DNA of 64,000 bases. Source: Octopus vulgaris. Its lineage: Eukaryota. The notes under the pieces were generated by a model. That model saw only the letters and a program-made list of their open reading frames with translations. It was not told the DNA's origin and ran no database searches. The stretch covers positions 35,464,001-35,528,000 of the forward strand of contig OX597824.1 of the NCBI GenBank assembly GCA_951406725.2, given 5' to 3'. Shown here one piece after another: positions 39,210 to 55,140 of the stretch. Made by a program: the position numbers and the translations under genes. The stretch's first letter is position 1. Every line of letters starts with the position of its first letter.

Positions 39210-39440
39210 AGGCGGCGAGCTGGCAGAAACGTTAGCACGCCGGGCGAAATGCGTAGCCGTATTTCGTCTGTCGTTACGTTCTGAGTTCAAATTCCGCCGA
39301 GGTCGACTTTGCCTTTCATCCTTTCGTGGTCGATAAATAAAGCACCAGTTTCCAACTGGGGTCGATGTAATCGACTTAATCCCTTTGTCTGTCCTTGTTT
39401 GTCCCCTCTGTGTTTAGCCCCTTGTGGGCAGTAAAGAAAT
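39210..39440 (+). mobile_element. SINE family A
   Basis: Full-length, near-consensus copy. Confidence 0.92.
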
Positions 39441-39501
39441 ATATATATATGTATGCGTGTGCCTACACATGTACACATGCACGCATAAAGATATTTGTGT
39501 A

Positions 39502-39706
39502 CGAGGGCGTGCTGAAAAGTTCTTGGCTTGAAGGCTATCACAAAAGGCCCGGTTGGAAGCACAACCTTTCGAACTCTTACAGGGCTTAGGAAACTGAAGG
39601 ACAAGTGTGTGAACATGAGAGAGGAATACGTTGAATGAAATAATCATTAACAGATATTTTTGTATTTTCTTTTAGCCAAAGTAAAGAACTTTTCAGCAGT
39701 CCATCG
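39502..39706 (+). mobile_element. Mariner-derived MITE, second copy
   Basis: TA|CGAGGGCGTGCTGAAAAGTTC ... GAACTTTTCAGCAGTCCATCG|TA; interior GLRKLKDKCVNMREEYVE*. Confidence 0.85.
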
Positions 39707-39766
39707 TATGTATATGTATGTATGTAAATATATGTGGATACATACATACATACATACATACATACA

Positions 39767-39831
<65 letters not shown>

Positions 39832-39999
39832 TATAGTATATGTATGTATATATATAAATATATATATGTATGTATGTGTGTATGTATAAATGTAGATAGA
39901 TGGATAGATATGTATGTTTGTGTGTACATATATATGTATGTATGTGGTCGTATATGAATATATGTAAACATAGCTACATATTTGAATTTAGTTTTATAT

Positions 40000-40048
<49 letters not shown>

Positions 40049-40734
40049 GTATATATACACATATATATAGTATATATATATATACTTATATATATTTATA
40101 TATATATATACTATATTTAGGTATGTATAATATGTATATATTCAGATGTGTGTACATTATATATATTTAGATGTGTATATTTATATATCAAGAGGTAGGC
40201 TCATATATTTACAGATTAATTCCTTATCTTTAAAACGCATACATCGAGTAATGAAAACAACCTTGGGTGTACTTTCAATGCATGTGTGTGTATACGTGTA
40301 TGTATATCAATGTATATAAATATATATATATAGATACATATGTTTGTATGTATGTGTATAAGTATGTATGTACGTATGTATGTATGTATGTATGTATGTA
40401 TGTATGTATGTATGTATGTATGTATGTATGTATGTCTGTATGCCTGTATGTATGTACATACGTGTGTGGATATGTATATATGAGTGTATACCTGTGGGTG
40501 AGTGAGTGCGTTAGACAGACATATAAACGTATATATGTATGTGTACGTGTGTGTCTGTATATAAGTGTATATATTTTTACGTGCTTTTGTGTGTGTATGT
40601 GTCCGTGTGTATTTGTGCGTGTGTGTGTGTGTGTGTGTGTGGTATTTAAGGTTAAGAATTCATTTATATTTGTATCAACATTTTTGTTAAAACGAACATG
40701 TGTACACACACACACACTCACACACACACACACA

Positions 40735-40784
<50 letters not shown>

Positions 40785-41062
40785 CCTATTATATGTGTAA
40801 CTATATTTGGATGCATATGCATGTTGGTGTGGTGAATGTGTGTGTGTATATGTATGTGTGAGTGTGTGTGTACGCGCGTGTGCGTGTGCACATGCACATG
40901 TATGCGTGTGTGTGTGCGTGTCTGTGTGCTTGTGAGTGTGCGTGTGAATTCATAATTTTTGTTGTTGTTGTTATTCGGTTTACCTTATATATACAACACA
41001 ATTGCTTTTGCCTCACGCTTGCATGTGAAGAGAGGTGTAAGCGTTTACATGAATATGTGTGC

Positions 41063-41099
<37 letters not shown>

Positions 41100-41104
41100 T
41101 CTCT

Positions 41105-41320
41105 CTTTTACTCTTTTACTTGTTTCAGTCATTTGACTGCGGCCATGCTGGAGCACCGCCTTTAATCGAGCAACTCGACCCCGGGACTTATTCTTCGTAA
41201 GCCCAGTACTTATTCTATCGGTCTCTTTTGCCGAACCGCTAAGTGACGGGGACATAAACACACCAGCATCGGTTGTCAAGCAATGTTAGGGAGACACACA
41301 CATACACACAAACACACACG

Positions 41321-41376
<56 letters not shown>

Positions 41377-42201
41377 TATATATGACGGGCTTCTTTCAGT
41401 TTCCGTCTACCAAATCCACTCACAAGGCTTTGGTCGGCCCGAGGCTATAGTAGAAGACACTTGCCCAAGGTGCCACGCAGTGGGAATGAACCTTGAGTGT
41501 CAAGCAATCCTATGGGGACACACAGAGACACACAAACACACACGCACACATATATATTTACACATATATATGACGGGCTTCTTTCAGTTTCCGTCTACCA
41601 AATCCGCTCACAAGGCTTGGTCGGCCCGAGGCTATAGTAGAAGACACTTGCCCAAGGTGCCACGCAGTGGGACTGAACCCGGAACCATGTGGTTGGTAAA
41701 CAAGCTACTTACCACACAGCCACTCTTGTGTTTAAAACAGGAGAAAGAGTACTCAATACCAAAGCAAAACGTAGTCATTGAAGGCATTCAGTGTGTGATC
41801 TATGACGACATGCGCGCGCTATTCGCGGTTGCGCAGGGGCATGTGCTTTTTCTGAGTGTGTGACTGAGGGGTTAGGAGGTGGAGATGTCTTCTACTATAG
41901 CCTCCGGCCGACCAAAGTCTTGTGAGAGGATTTGGTAGACGGAAACTGAAACAAGCTCGTTGTGTATGTGCGTATGTGTGTGTGTCTATATCTGTGTTTG
42001 TCACCTACCGCCACTTGGTGATCTATGTGGGTTTCATTATGTCCGCGTAACTTAACGGTTCGGCCAAAGAGATCGATAGAATAAGTACCAGGCTTCAGAA
42101 AAAGTAAGTCCTGGAGTCGATTCATTTGACTAAAAGTTCTTCATGACGGTGTCTTAGCATGGCCGCAGTCTAATGATTAAAACAAATAAAAGACAAAAAA
42201 T

Positions 42202-42268
<67 letters not shown>

Positions 42269-42670
42269 TGCAGTCGTAGCTCTGTGGTAAGAAGCTTGCT
42301 TCCCAACCACAAAGTTCTGGGTTCAATCCCAATGCATGGAACTTTGGGCAAGTGTCTTCTACTACGGCCTCAGGCCGATCAAAGCCTTTGTGAGTTGATT
42401 TGACAGATCGAAACTGGAAGAAGCCCGTCGTATATATATATATATGCATATGTGTGTGTTTGTGTTTGTCAGCCCGCCAACGCTTGACAACCGATGCTGG
42501 TGTGTTAAAGTTCCCGTGACTTAGGGGTTCGGCAAAAGAGACCGATAGAATAAGTACTAGGCTTACAAAAGATAAGTATCCTGGGGGCGATTTCTTCGAC
42601 TAACACTCTTTAAGGCGATGCTCCAGCATGGCCGCAGCCCAATGACTGAAACAAGTAAAAGAATAAAAGA
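41105..42670. mobile_element. Cluster of SINE family B copies (minus 41105-41725 with internal duplication; plus 41880-42200 and 42268-42670)
   Basis: Repeated family B consensus blocks on both strands. Confidence 0.88.
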
Positions 42671-42677
42671 ATACACA

Positions 42678-42749
<72 letters not shown>

Positions 42750-43189
42750 ACTACATATATATAACTATATATGTGTGTGTGAAAGTGGACCTCGTGGAGG
42801 TGCCTTTCTATGCATCTCGCAAGACGGTGTTGTTATCGATACACAAGTTCTAATATCATCCGTCTATAACAACATCGTAGAGACTCTAAACATGCACCCA
42901 CCAGGCGCACTCAACACGGACGCACGCACGCACGCACGCCTCAACACGAGCACAGACACAGACAGACAGACACAGAACACACAAATATGTGCACACTCAC
43001 AACCACAGAGACGAGCACACACATGTACAGACACACACACACACGCACACTCACTCACGCACATGTGCTCGCGCACGCGCACACCGACACTCACTCCGAC
43101 AGACATACACATCTGTTGGCACACTTAGAGACACGTCGCTAAACTTTAACGTATTTAACAGCTAGCTACACGTATACAACCAAAGCTTT

Positions 43190-43325
43190 TTCTTCTTCTT
43201 CTTCTTCTTCTTCTTCTTCTTCTTCTTCTTCTTCTTCTTCTTCTTCTTCTTCTTCTTCTTCTTCTTCTTCTTCTTCTTCTTCTTCTTCTTCTTCTTCTTC
43301 TACCTCTACTTCTTCTTCTACTTCT
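43190..43325. repeat. (CTT)n microsatellite
   Basis: Directly visible; source of the poly-Arg ORF. Confidence 0.98.
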
Positions 43326-43694
43326 CTCTCCTCTACACATATAAATAATATAACCCTGTCTATCTGTGTGCGTGTTTATATATCTACTTGCCTTGGTTAT
43401 TGGTTTATTCAGTGAAGACATCTGTCCATACTCACTTGGATTACTAAGCAGTGTGTGACTCGTCAAACATTGAGGAAGCTATTTTTTCCCCTTTCTTCTT
43501 CTGTTGACCACTGCACATTATCAATGATCGGTCGTCGCTTATAACTAAACACTGTCTCTCTTCAAAAACACTCTTTCTTACATGTGAGTAGCGAAATTTC
43601 CTTGAGTAATTTTCAGACTTTCTGTACCTATGTTGAAATGTCCTTTTTCACTCTCTCTCTCTCCCCCTCTCTCTCTCGCTCTCTTTCTCTCATC

Positions 43695-43725
<31 letters not shown>

Positions 43726-43928
43726 TCTCTCTGTCTCTCTCTCTCTGTCTCTCAATATTTATACGTTAACCGCACATTATGCATACATACAAATAAGTTG
43801 ACACATATTTATTTGTTTATATACGCACACATAAATATATATAGAACTGCTTAGTATTTATGCCTATTATATATCTGAGTACGCATGTGTATATATGTAT
43901 GTATGTTTGTTTGTATTTATGTACGTAT

Positions 43929-43974
<46 letters not shown>

Positions 43975-44100
43975 AACAGCCGAAATTTGCTATGATGATT
44001 CGGTGTCTGACTGAAGATTGAAGGCTTCGAATGATTTGTCTGTGTTCCGTGTTCGTCCCTTCCTGTATTTCACGTTCATTATATATAAAAACATTCATTC

Positions 44101-44134
<34 letters not shown>

Positions 44135-44142
44135 TTATATAT

Positions 44143-44316
44143 GTCTGCCGTTACGTTCTGAGTTCAAATTCAGCCGAGGTCGACTTTGCTTTCATCCTTT
44201 CGTGGTCGATAAATTAAGTACCAGTTACGCACTGGGGTCGATGTAATCGACTTAATCCCTTTGTCTGTCCTTGTTTGTCCCCTCTGTGTTTAGCCCCTTG
44301 TGGGTAGTAAAGAAAT
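44143..44316 (+). mobile_element. 5'-truncated SINE family A
   Basis: Starts at GTCTGCCGTTACG and ends GGGTAGTAAAGAAATA. Confidence 0.9.
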
Positions 44317-44317
44317 A

Positions 44318-44353
<36 letters not shown>

Positions 44354-44788
44354 TGTATGTATATAAAGTGGTACACACACACATAAACGTTTTAGTTGTA
44401 TGGTCCCTCTTATACAGCCGGTACACGGACTTTGAAAGGGATCAGCTGAAACAATCGGGTATGACTTTGGGAGTTTCCACGCCTGTCATCGATATTTGAC
44501 GGTGACTGGAGGTTAGATAAGCATCTAGACGGCACAGCGCTGATTTAGATACTGAAATCGTCGCTACGGGCATTCTATCATGCTATCATTGAAGTAGAAC
44601 TACATTTATCGACCCCGGAAGGGACCAGGGGTCGATAAATATAGTTGACTAAAGTGGGACTGAGAGGGTTGGAACACGCGCAGTAGGGCATTCTATCGGA
44701 TTCATCCACATTTACACCCAAATATATAAATATGGAAGTGCGTGTGCACTCACATATATGTGTATATGTAAAGATTTACCAAATTTTT

Positions 44789-44829
<41 letters not shown>

Positions 44830-45057
44830 GGGGAATATTCCTTGTATTGTTTGTCTTGAACTCTGTTTTTTCGTTGTTAAAAAAAGTCCGTTTCCTTGTT
44901 TGTTTTTATGTTTTCGTTTCTCGTTGTGTTCTACGTTTATTTGTGGTGTCCTGTACTCATATATGTATATATATATATATGCATGTATATATACATATAG
45001 ATGTAGGTATGTACATATACGTATGTATGTATGCATATGTTTTATTTGTTAAATTGT

Positions 45058-45117
<60 letters not shown>

Positions 45118-45205
45118 TATACATATGTATAAATGTATGTGTGCATATATGTGTTTATGTGTATTTCTATGTAAATATATGAAATATATATATGCTTCTT
45201 GAAAA

Positions 45206-45240
<35 letters not shown>

Positions 45241-45325
45241 CAGGGAACTTACCAAAGTTTGTCAAGTGGCATGAAACTTTTAGCCCTTATATTACTTTGG
45301 TAACATATGTAAATATAAATGTATG

Positions 45326-45396
<71 letters not shown>

Positions 45397-46089
45397 CAGT
45401 GTATACCAGCGTTCGATTCCACTGACTGGCCACTATGCCAAAATATTATTTACAATGGCTTCAAGTTTCTAAATGGTTTATGAGTGAAATAAGTGTGCGG
45501 AAGCCCGAGGAGTGTACCTGTAATTAGAACTTTCTATCTCTCTCTGTCGTTCTAAGTATATTTATCAATCAGTAAATGGACATTGAAAAGTGTATGTGTG
45601 TGTGTACATATGAATGCATATTGTCAATGTAGACGTCGGGTACAATTCGGTGAAGTATTTATTTGTGGCACAGCCGGACATACCTTGCCACTGTGCTCCG
45701 TCTTCTAACAACGATGCAGTAATACTAATGATGTTCCGAGTTCAAATCGGAGACTGGTCAGCTTTGTCATCGATTTGCTGTAGATAAAGAAACCATCAAC
45801 GGTTGTGAATTAGAGGAATTCTTACGGAATACTCAGGATGGTTGCTGTGTTTGTGCTCTATTTGGGACGGTGACAACATTAACAGATTACTTGTATCGAC
45901 TTGCCTTTAAATTTGCACGATATTAATAGCGTGGGCAATTGATACAGTTCGATGACAATACCTGGCAGAAACTGAGTCTTCGAGTTTTAGAGTAAAAAAA
46001 TTCTAGGAAGAGATGCACTGTAACATAAACATATATCATAACTCAGGACAGAAACTTCGAAGTCGCTGTCAATAATATTCTTGTTTAAC

Positions 46090-46443
46090 ACACACATACA
46101 CAGATATATATATATATATACATATATATATACACATATATATAGATACGTGTTTGTCTGGAAGTATGTATATATATATATATATATGATACAGATACAT
46201 AGATAGATAGACACACAGACAGACGGGTAGATAGATATTGCGTGTGTATACATATGGATATTTATATGCATAAGTATGTGTGTGTGTATGTATGTATGTA
46301 TGTATGTATGTATGTATGTATGTATGTATGTATAAATGGCATAGTGCCAAAATTTCAAACCAGTATAATTGGCAATATATATTTATATATACAATATACA
46401 TATATACGTGCATATGTGTACAATATATATATATCTATATGTG

Positions 46444-46522
<79 letters not shown>

Positions 46523-46582
46523 GGCATACACATATACATATGTATGTATATACTTATGTATGTATATATATACATACATATA

Positions 46583-46634
<52 letters not shown>

Positions 46635-46700
46635 GGATGTATTTATTTATGTATGTATCTATCTATATATAGATAGATAGACAGACAGATACAGAGATGC

Positions 46701-46733
<33 letters not shown>

Positions 46734-46807
46734 TGGATAGATATAGATATATATATACATACATATACGAATGCGTATATGCATATCTATCTATATATAT
46801 GCATAAC

Positions 46808-46839
<32 letters not shown>

Positions 46840-46849
46840 ATATATATGC

Positions 46850-46927
<78 letters not shown>

Positions 46928-47322
46928 ATGTATGAGTGTGTATATATATATATAAATTTAAAGTCGTATTGCGTACTGTATTTACAAATATCATGTACTT
47001 TATAATAAGTGTACACATATGGAGGTAGTGTGACTATGTTTCAATAAGATGTGTATATTTCACTACCTATATATAGGTGGACAAACTAAATGCAAATACG
47101 TGTATTTTCACATATACACACAAATATCTACGTACATTTCAACAGTACATATTTACCCCCACCCACACACACACATACACACACACACACATATACATGC
47201 ATATATATATATATATATATATGTATATGTATATACATTTATATATATATACATATATACGTTTATAGATATATCAAAGAAACAACATATCAACGAATAT
47301 ATTTATATAAGTATTTATAATT

Positions 47323-47359
<37 letters not shown>

Positions 47360-47518
47360 TATATATTATATGTATATATATACGTAAGTATGTATGCATT
47401 CGTATGAAACTGTATATATTTGAAAGTGTATACATATATATATATATAAGTAAATATATATACATATATAATTTTCATGATGTTTCATATATATACTTAC
47501 ATGTATCATTAATGTGTG

Positions 47519-47549
<31 letters not shown>

Positions 47550-47660
47550 GCATACATATATTTAGATATTGATACACGTGTATTACTTAAAAATATGATA
47601 AAACATATATTTGCACACGAATATATAGATATATATATTTATGTAAATATATATACATAC

Positions 47661-47718
<58 letters not shown>

Positions 47719-47987
47719 TATATATGTATACACATATATATTTATGTAAATATATATACAAATATTCGCGAATATTTTGATATATTAATACGTATATAGA
47801 AATTTATGTCTACCAATATATGTATGAGAATGTATTTATATATTTGTAGGTATCTATGATTATATATTCATAATACTTACGTTTATATATAGACGTGCAT
47901 ATGTGTATATATATGCATGTGTATATAGATGTATACATACATGTGTATATATAAATATATATATGCATGAATATATAGATGTATATA

Positions 47988-48045
<58 letters not shown>

Positions 48046-48274
48046 TACATACATATAAACGAGGGAATATACATGTATAAATAAATATATATATACACAC
48101 ATACATATATATATATACACATACATATATATACACATACATATATATACACATACATATATATATATATACACATACATATATATATATACATCATATA
48201 TACACATTATATAGTCAATGACTGTGAATATATTTAATATACGTGTATATATATACATATCTGGATACGAATAT

Positions 48275-48307
<33 letters not shown>

Positions 48308-48542
48308 TATATATATTTATATATATATATATATATACATATGTATGTGTGTGTACACATATAGGTATATATATATATATAAAGTTTTATGTATGTATAT
48401 GTGTATGTATATGTATATATATTTGTATACGAGTAAATATATTATATACATATATATATATTTGCATATATGTATATATGTGTATGTGTGTGTGTGTGTT
48501 TATGTGTTTACATATACATGTGTGTATACATATATATATATA

Positions 48543-48600
<58 letters not shown>

Positions 48601-48723
48601 CACACACACAGACACACGTATATATATATATATATGTACATATATATGTGTGTGTGTGTGTATTTACATACACACGCACACGCACACACATATATAAATA
48701 GATAAATACATATATACACACAC

Positions 48724-48762
<39 letters not shown>

Positions 48763-48990
48763 TATATACAAATCATACATGTATATATAGTATTTATAGT
48801 ATTTTTCCTATGAAAATTTATCTTATATGCATGCATTCATTTTTCTTTTACGTATATTTTATGCACACGTGTATCTGCATATACCCGTTACATAAATATG
48901 TGTGTGTGTGTCCGTGTGTGTGCGTGCATGTGTGTGTATATACACGAATATATGTACGTGTATATATATATACTTATACATATGTGTTTA

Positions 48991-49036
<46 letters not shown>

Positions 49037-49233
49037 TACACATGCATATATATATATATATACACACATATATTTGCTTGTGTATATACATGTGTGCATG
49101 AGTGTGTACTTATATTTATATATATATACACATACACGCACATCTATCTATCTATCTATCTATCTATCAATCTATCTATCTATCTATCTATCTACCTACC
49201 TACCTACCTACCTATCTACCTATCTACCTACCT

Positions 49234-49305
<72 letters not shown>

Positions 49306-49385
49306 ATGTATGTATATATGTATGTATGTATATTTATGTCCGTATGTTCGTGCCTGTATATATATATATATATATACATATACAT
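46090..49385. repeat. Long degenerate (TA)/(CA)/(TG)/(TAGA) low-complexity field
   Basis: Directly visible; similar fields at 3800-5490, 39710-41100 and 51500-57900. Confidence 0.95.
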
Positions 49386-49888
49386 GGTAGTATATGTTCT
49401 TCGTTCACTGGTAATCGTGCCCAGCGAAAATGCGTTTGCTCTTAAAGGCACATGTTTGCATGTTGGTGTGTATGCGTGTGAGTTAATTGGGGGTCTGGTG
49501 GGAGTGGGTGCATATGACACATGATGTATAATAATATATAATCGTAAATAGACTGTCGAATGCCAGTTATGGTAGCTCATTGCTTTGGTGGTGCTTGGAG
49601 CGGGGGTTGGTGGTTGGTGGTTGGAGGCAGCCTCGCTTACCGGCTGGGGTAATGTTCCTGGTTTTATAGTTTATGTTTTTTTACGTTCAGTCCCACTACT
49701 ACAACAACAACAACAACAACTACAACAACAATAAGCAGAACAATAACAACAAGTACTACAGCTTGTACTACTACAACAACAGCAACAACACCGATGACAA
49801 CACGAAGGTATTTTAGGTTACTATGTTAATACCAGCGAAATAAAGGCATGTACCATTACTACTCTTGCTGCTGTTTTCTCTTCTGTCT

Positions 49889-49889
49889 T

Positions 49890-49958
<69 letters not shown>

Positions 49959-49983
49959 CACCACCACCACCACCACCACCACC

Positions 49984-50043
<60 letters not shown>
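49889..50043. repeat. (TAC)n(CAC)n(TAC)n compound microsatellite
   Basis: Directly visible. Confidence 0.97.
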
Positions 50044-50361
50044 GATTATAGTGCGTTCAAGCTATTCGTAATCTTATGCTACCACTGGTTACTGTAACAA
50101 CACCAACTATTTGTTTTTACTACTTTTATCAGTATTATCAATAACAACAACAGCAACAACAACAACAGCAACAATAACACTAGCGACACCATAACATTCC
50201 ACAACTATTTCAATATAGGTGGGTTACAGTACGGTGAATTATGTTTGCATTGTATATATATATATATATATGTAGGTATAGGTAGATAGATATCTAATTG
50301 TTTATATACACTATTATACGCGCACATACATCAGTACATAAGCCTACACAACACACATATT

Positions 50362-50456
<95 letters not shown>

Positions 50457-50537
50457 ATATATATACATACATACATACATACATACATACATACAAACAT
50501 ACATATACATATACATACATACATACATACATACATG

Positions 50538-50613
<76 letters not shown>

Positions 50614-50679
50614 TATTCATATCTATATTTGAGGTCATACTATTGTTGTAAACTGCCACCTTTCCTATATCAGTCATAA

Positions 50680-51460
50680 GTTTAGAAAAACGAACGCCCG
50701 CCTTCTTTTCCAGATTTTTTGTTTTAGTTTTTGTAAAAGCAACTATAAGTTACAAAATCACACCACACCGGGATATAAACATAGCGAGAGAGAGAGAGAG
50801 AGAGAGAGAGCAGTTGATCTAATGCGTTTTTGCACTTGGACAGCCAGTTAAACAGAGTGCTGGATGTCACAGCGGTTTTGGCGGACGCACCGCCCAACGT
50901 CTTTTCGTGGAAACCACTGAGAAAGTACCGACAAAAAAATATTGTTGTTGTTATAAATAGTTCAACTGGCAAAACAAGGCTAACCCCGTGCAGTTGCTCG
51001 CTTTCGACAGTCATATGGAACGAGCACCGTTTTCATGCTGCTCGAGATCTGTCACTCGCTCAAGTGACGCAGAAACTAGCAGGAAACTTTGATAAGTTTC
51101 ACAACCGAAATTAACAAACACTCCAACAAAAAATAGCATTGTTTTACTGGATAAATTAGAAAAAAACCACTGTGACTGTCACGGTGGCTTTATGTGAGAA
51201 AATCGTACAGGTACTGTTCTCTTTTTTAGTTTAATACACCGATTCGTTGTGTTTTTTTTTTCTAATCATTTTTCGAGACTGTTTCTTGGCCACAGGTACG
51301 GCACATTGCGATGATAACGTATGTACATAACTGTATATTTACTTTGAAGTTTATAACTTTAATAGTTTACTGTCAGGTCCAAGAAAATTCCGGAAGTATT
51401 TGCTCAAATGCTTTCATAACTGACGCCCATTATTGTTAAAAGTAGGTAAGGACCGGTTGC
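50680..51460. promoter_or_regulatory. Putative promoter/enhancer island, possibly with a non-coding first exon
   Basis: Unique, relatively CpG-rich sequence among simple repeats; TATAAA at 50774 and 50952, (GA)n at 50786-50810, six E-boxes in 50811-51066, AG|GTAAG at 51445/51446. Motif inference only. Confidence 0.35.
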
Positions 51461-51704
51461 ATTTAACAATTTGCTTTGCCATTTATCTTTCGAACAATCA
51501 CATATACATATACATGTGTGTGTGTATACACTCACACATATAAACATACGTACACGCATACATACATATATATATATATATGCATATATATATATATATA
51601 TATGCATATATATATATATATATATATGTACCCACATACATATATACATATACATACATACGCATACATGTATGTATTTGTATGCATATAATTGTGTATG
51701 TATG

Positions 51705-51739
<35 letters not shown>

Positions 51740-51752
51740 TTATATATGTATG

Positions 51753-51784
<32 letters not shown>

Positions 51785-52576
51785 CAAAATGAGATATATA
51801 TATATCATCATCATCATCATTTAGCGTCCGCTTTCCATACACACATACATACACATGTATGTGTATATGCACATACATGTGTACATATATATACACATGT
51901 ATGTATATATATATATATATATATATACATACATACACACGTATGATTACATGTTTGTTTGCACATTATGCTTTGTTTTTATCTCCTGTCCTTTCGTTTG
52001 ATTTGAATATTTTATACTGGAAGCAAAGCATAATTATTTTTACTGTGGATAGCAAAATTAATATATCGCGGTACAACTGGTATACATCACTACATCCACA
52101 CAAAGAACCGGGTTAGACAGATATACTAAACGAAAACAGTCGAGAAAAATACGTATGCATATTCACACATGCCCATCCGCATGCGGTAAAGTTATGGTTT
52201 CTCGCGTTGTTAGCCACTTTCTTTCAGGGCACACAGTTAATATATACATAAACATTATTACACACTCACACAGCACAGTACAGTATACAAAAGGATTTTA
52301 GTTTGTTCCTAGTATAAACAGTTTTAAAAGTACTGCTGCAAATGATCAGATGTTCTTTATGTTTCGATAGGTATGTAAATGATAAGAGATTTGTAAAATA
52401 ACGCAAGACAAAGAAACTAGTATATATTTTGTATGGTGTAAGGCTAAAGGTGATTCGCATTATGTCTCAAGAACAAGATAAAATAAGCACCACATCGTCA
52501 AAGAACGTAGACTGTTCAAGTAAGATATACGTTGATGCAACACATATATATTTCATATATATTGTGTGTGTGTGTG

Positions 52577-52683
<107 letters not shown>

Positions 52684-52742
52684 ATATATATATGTGTGTG
52701 TGTATTTGTGTATATATATATATATATGTATCTATAAATATG

Positions 52743-52789
<47 letters not shown>

Positions 52790-52928
52790 GCATGTATGTA
52801 TGTATGTATATGTAAATATATATAGGGTGTATAAATACAGAATTTTTACCAGTTTATATATGCCTCAAGCATATCTAAACTGGTAACAAGTTTTTACACA
52901 CACACATACACACAATTTACACACACAC

Positions 52929-52984
<56 letters not shown>

Positions 52985-53372
52985 AATTTTATGTGTGTGT
53001 GTGTGCACAATTATATATATATATATATGGGCATGTATATATATATGTGTATGTGTGTATGTATGTATGTATGTATGTATGTATGTATGTATGTATGTAT
53101 GTATGTATGTATAGATATATGTAAAGATAGATGGATGAATTGTTTGCTTGCTTTTATATCAACTGATCAAACAATTTAACATCGAACTGAAGAATTACTC
53201 AATTATTTTTTAGCAAACTACAGGCATATGTAAACTTTTACAAGAGGCGAGGCAGTGACTTCGAAGTTCCGGCCTGCCACCTTTGTCAAACATATATTTC
53301 TTACATCTACTTTATATCAAACACATTATTATTAGCGCCAGTACATTATATTGATAAGTGTGTGTGTGTGTA

Positions 53373-53477
<105 letters not shown>

Positions 53478-53775
53478 ATGTATATATATGTATATGTATA
53501 CATATATGTATATATGTATATATATATATATGTATATATGTATATGTATATTTATTTGTATATATGTATACATATATATACGTATATATATATATATATA
53601 TATATACATATATTATGTACACATATATATATATATACATATGCATCATGATGATAAGGCACATATATATATATATATTTATATAAAATATGAACATATA
53701 TATATATATATATGCGTGTATGTGTGTATATATATATTATATATGTATACATGCACATGCACCCACACATACACC

Positions 53776-53828
<53 letters not shown>

Positions 53829-54162
53829 ACAAGCATAGATACACATACACATATATATATGTGTATAGTAAATGGTACATATGTATAATGATCCCTAGAG
53901 AGATAATCTTGACGTGATTGATTAAACTACTAGGGGAATTTCTTGTATTTCTAAAACACCTTCGCGTTTTTTCAGAAAGGAATAACACATGCCGTGATGT
54001 ACTCCGAGGTGAACGTGTTCCTGAGATAAAAACGGGATAACAAACATATTCGTATTAAAGCTGTCTGTCCCGGCGCTAAACAATAGAAACAAAATACATT
54101 AGATAAATATATTCGTGTAAGTATGAATGAGTATATGTGCACACAGTTACATAGGTATGCAT

Positions 54163-54229
<67 letters not shown>

Positions 54230-54299
54230 TAGACACACAGAGGCATATAGATATTCAACAATGAATAAGTATATATAAATATATATATATACACAGATT

Positions 54300-54332
<33 letters not shown>

Positions 54333-54517
54333 ATACATATGTATGTGTATGTATGTGCGTGTGTGTATATATATATATATATATACATTTATTTTGGATA
54401 TACATATTACATAATATAAATATACCGATATATCTATAGGCACACAGACGTATAGGTCACTATATTTAAGAGCACAGACATCTACTTAATATTGGTGTAT
54501 AAATATTTATTAGTGTA

Positions 54518-54552
<35 letters not shown>

Positions 54553-54694
54553 GTAAGTATATGTGTATATATATATATGTATGGATGTATATATGTGTGT
54601 ATATATCTGTATATATATATATATATGTGTGTGTATAGATGTATATTTATGTATGTATATATATATATATATATATATATAAATACATAAATAC

Positions 54695-54735
<41 letters not shown>

Positions 54736-54744
54736 CATAAATAC

Positions 54745-54775
<31 letters not shown>

Positions 54776-54798
54776 CATATATAAATACATAAATACAT

Positions 54799-55140
54799 GG
54801 AGTGGCTGTGTGGTAAGTAGCTTGCTTACCAGCCACATGGTTTCAGGTTCAGTCCCACTGCGTGGTACCTTGGGCAAGCGTCTTCTACTATAGCCCCGGC
54901 TCAACCAAAGCCTTGTGAGTGGATTTGGTAGACGGAAACTGAAAGAAGCCCGTCGTGTCCTTCCCCCATCATCGCTTGACAATTGATTTTGGTGTGTTTA
55001 CGTCCCCGTAACATAGCGGTTCGACTTAAGAGACCGATAGAGTAAGTACTAAGCTTACAGAGAATAAGTCCTGGGATCGCTTTGTACGACTAAAGGCGGT
55101 GCTCCAGCATGGCTGCAGTCAGAAATGAATAAAAGAATAA
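54799..55140 (+). mobile_element. SINE family B lacking the internal microsatellite
   Basis: GGAGTGGCTGTGTGGTAAG head; AAGCCCGTCG runs almost directly into TCCCCCATCATCGCTTGAC. Confidence 0.88.

Noticed and set aside
44005-44045. CTGAAGA..TTCGAA..GTC hammerhead-like string (similar weak strings near 44450, 45950 and 63500)
   Set aside because: Core or helices too incomplete to call.
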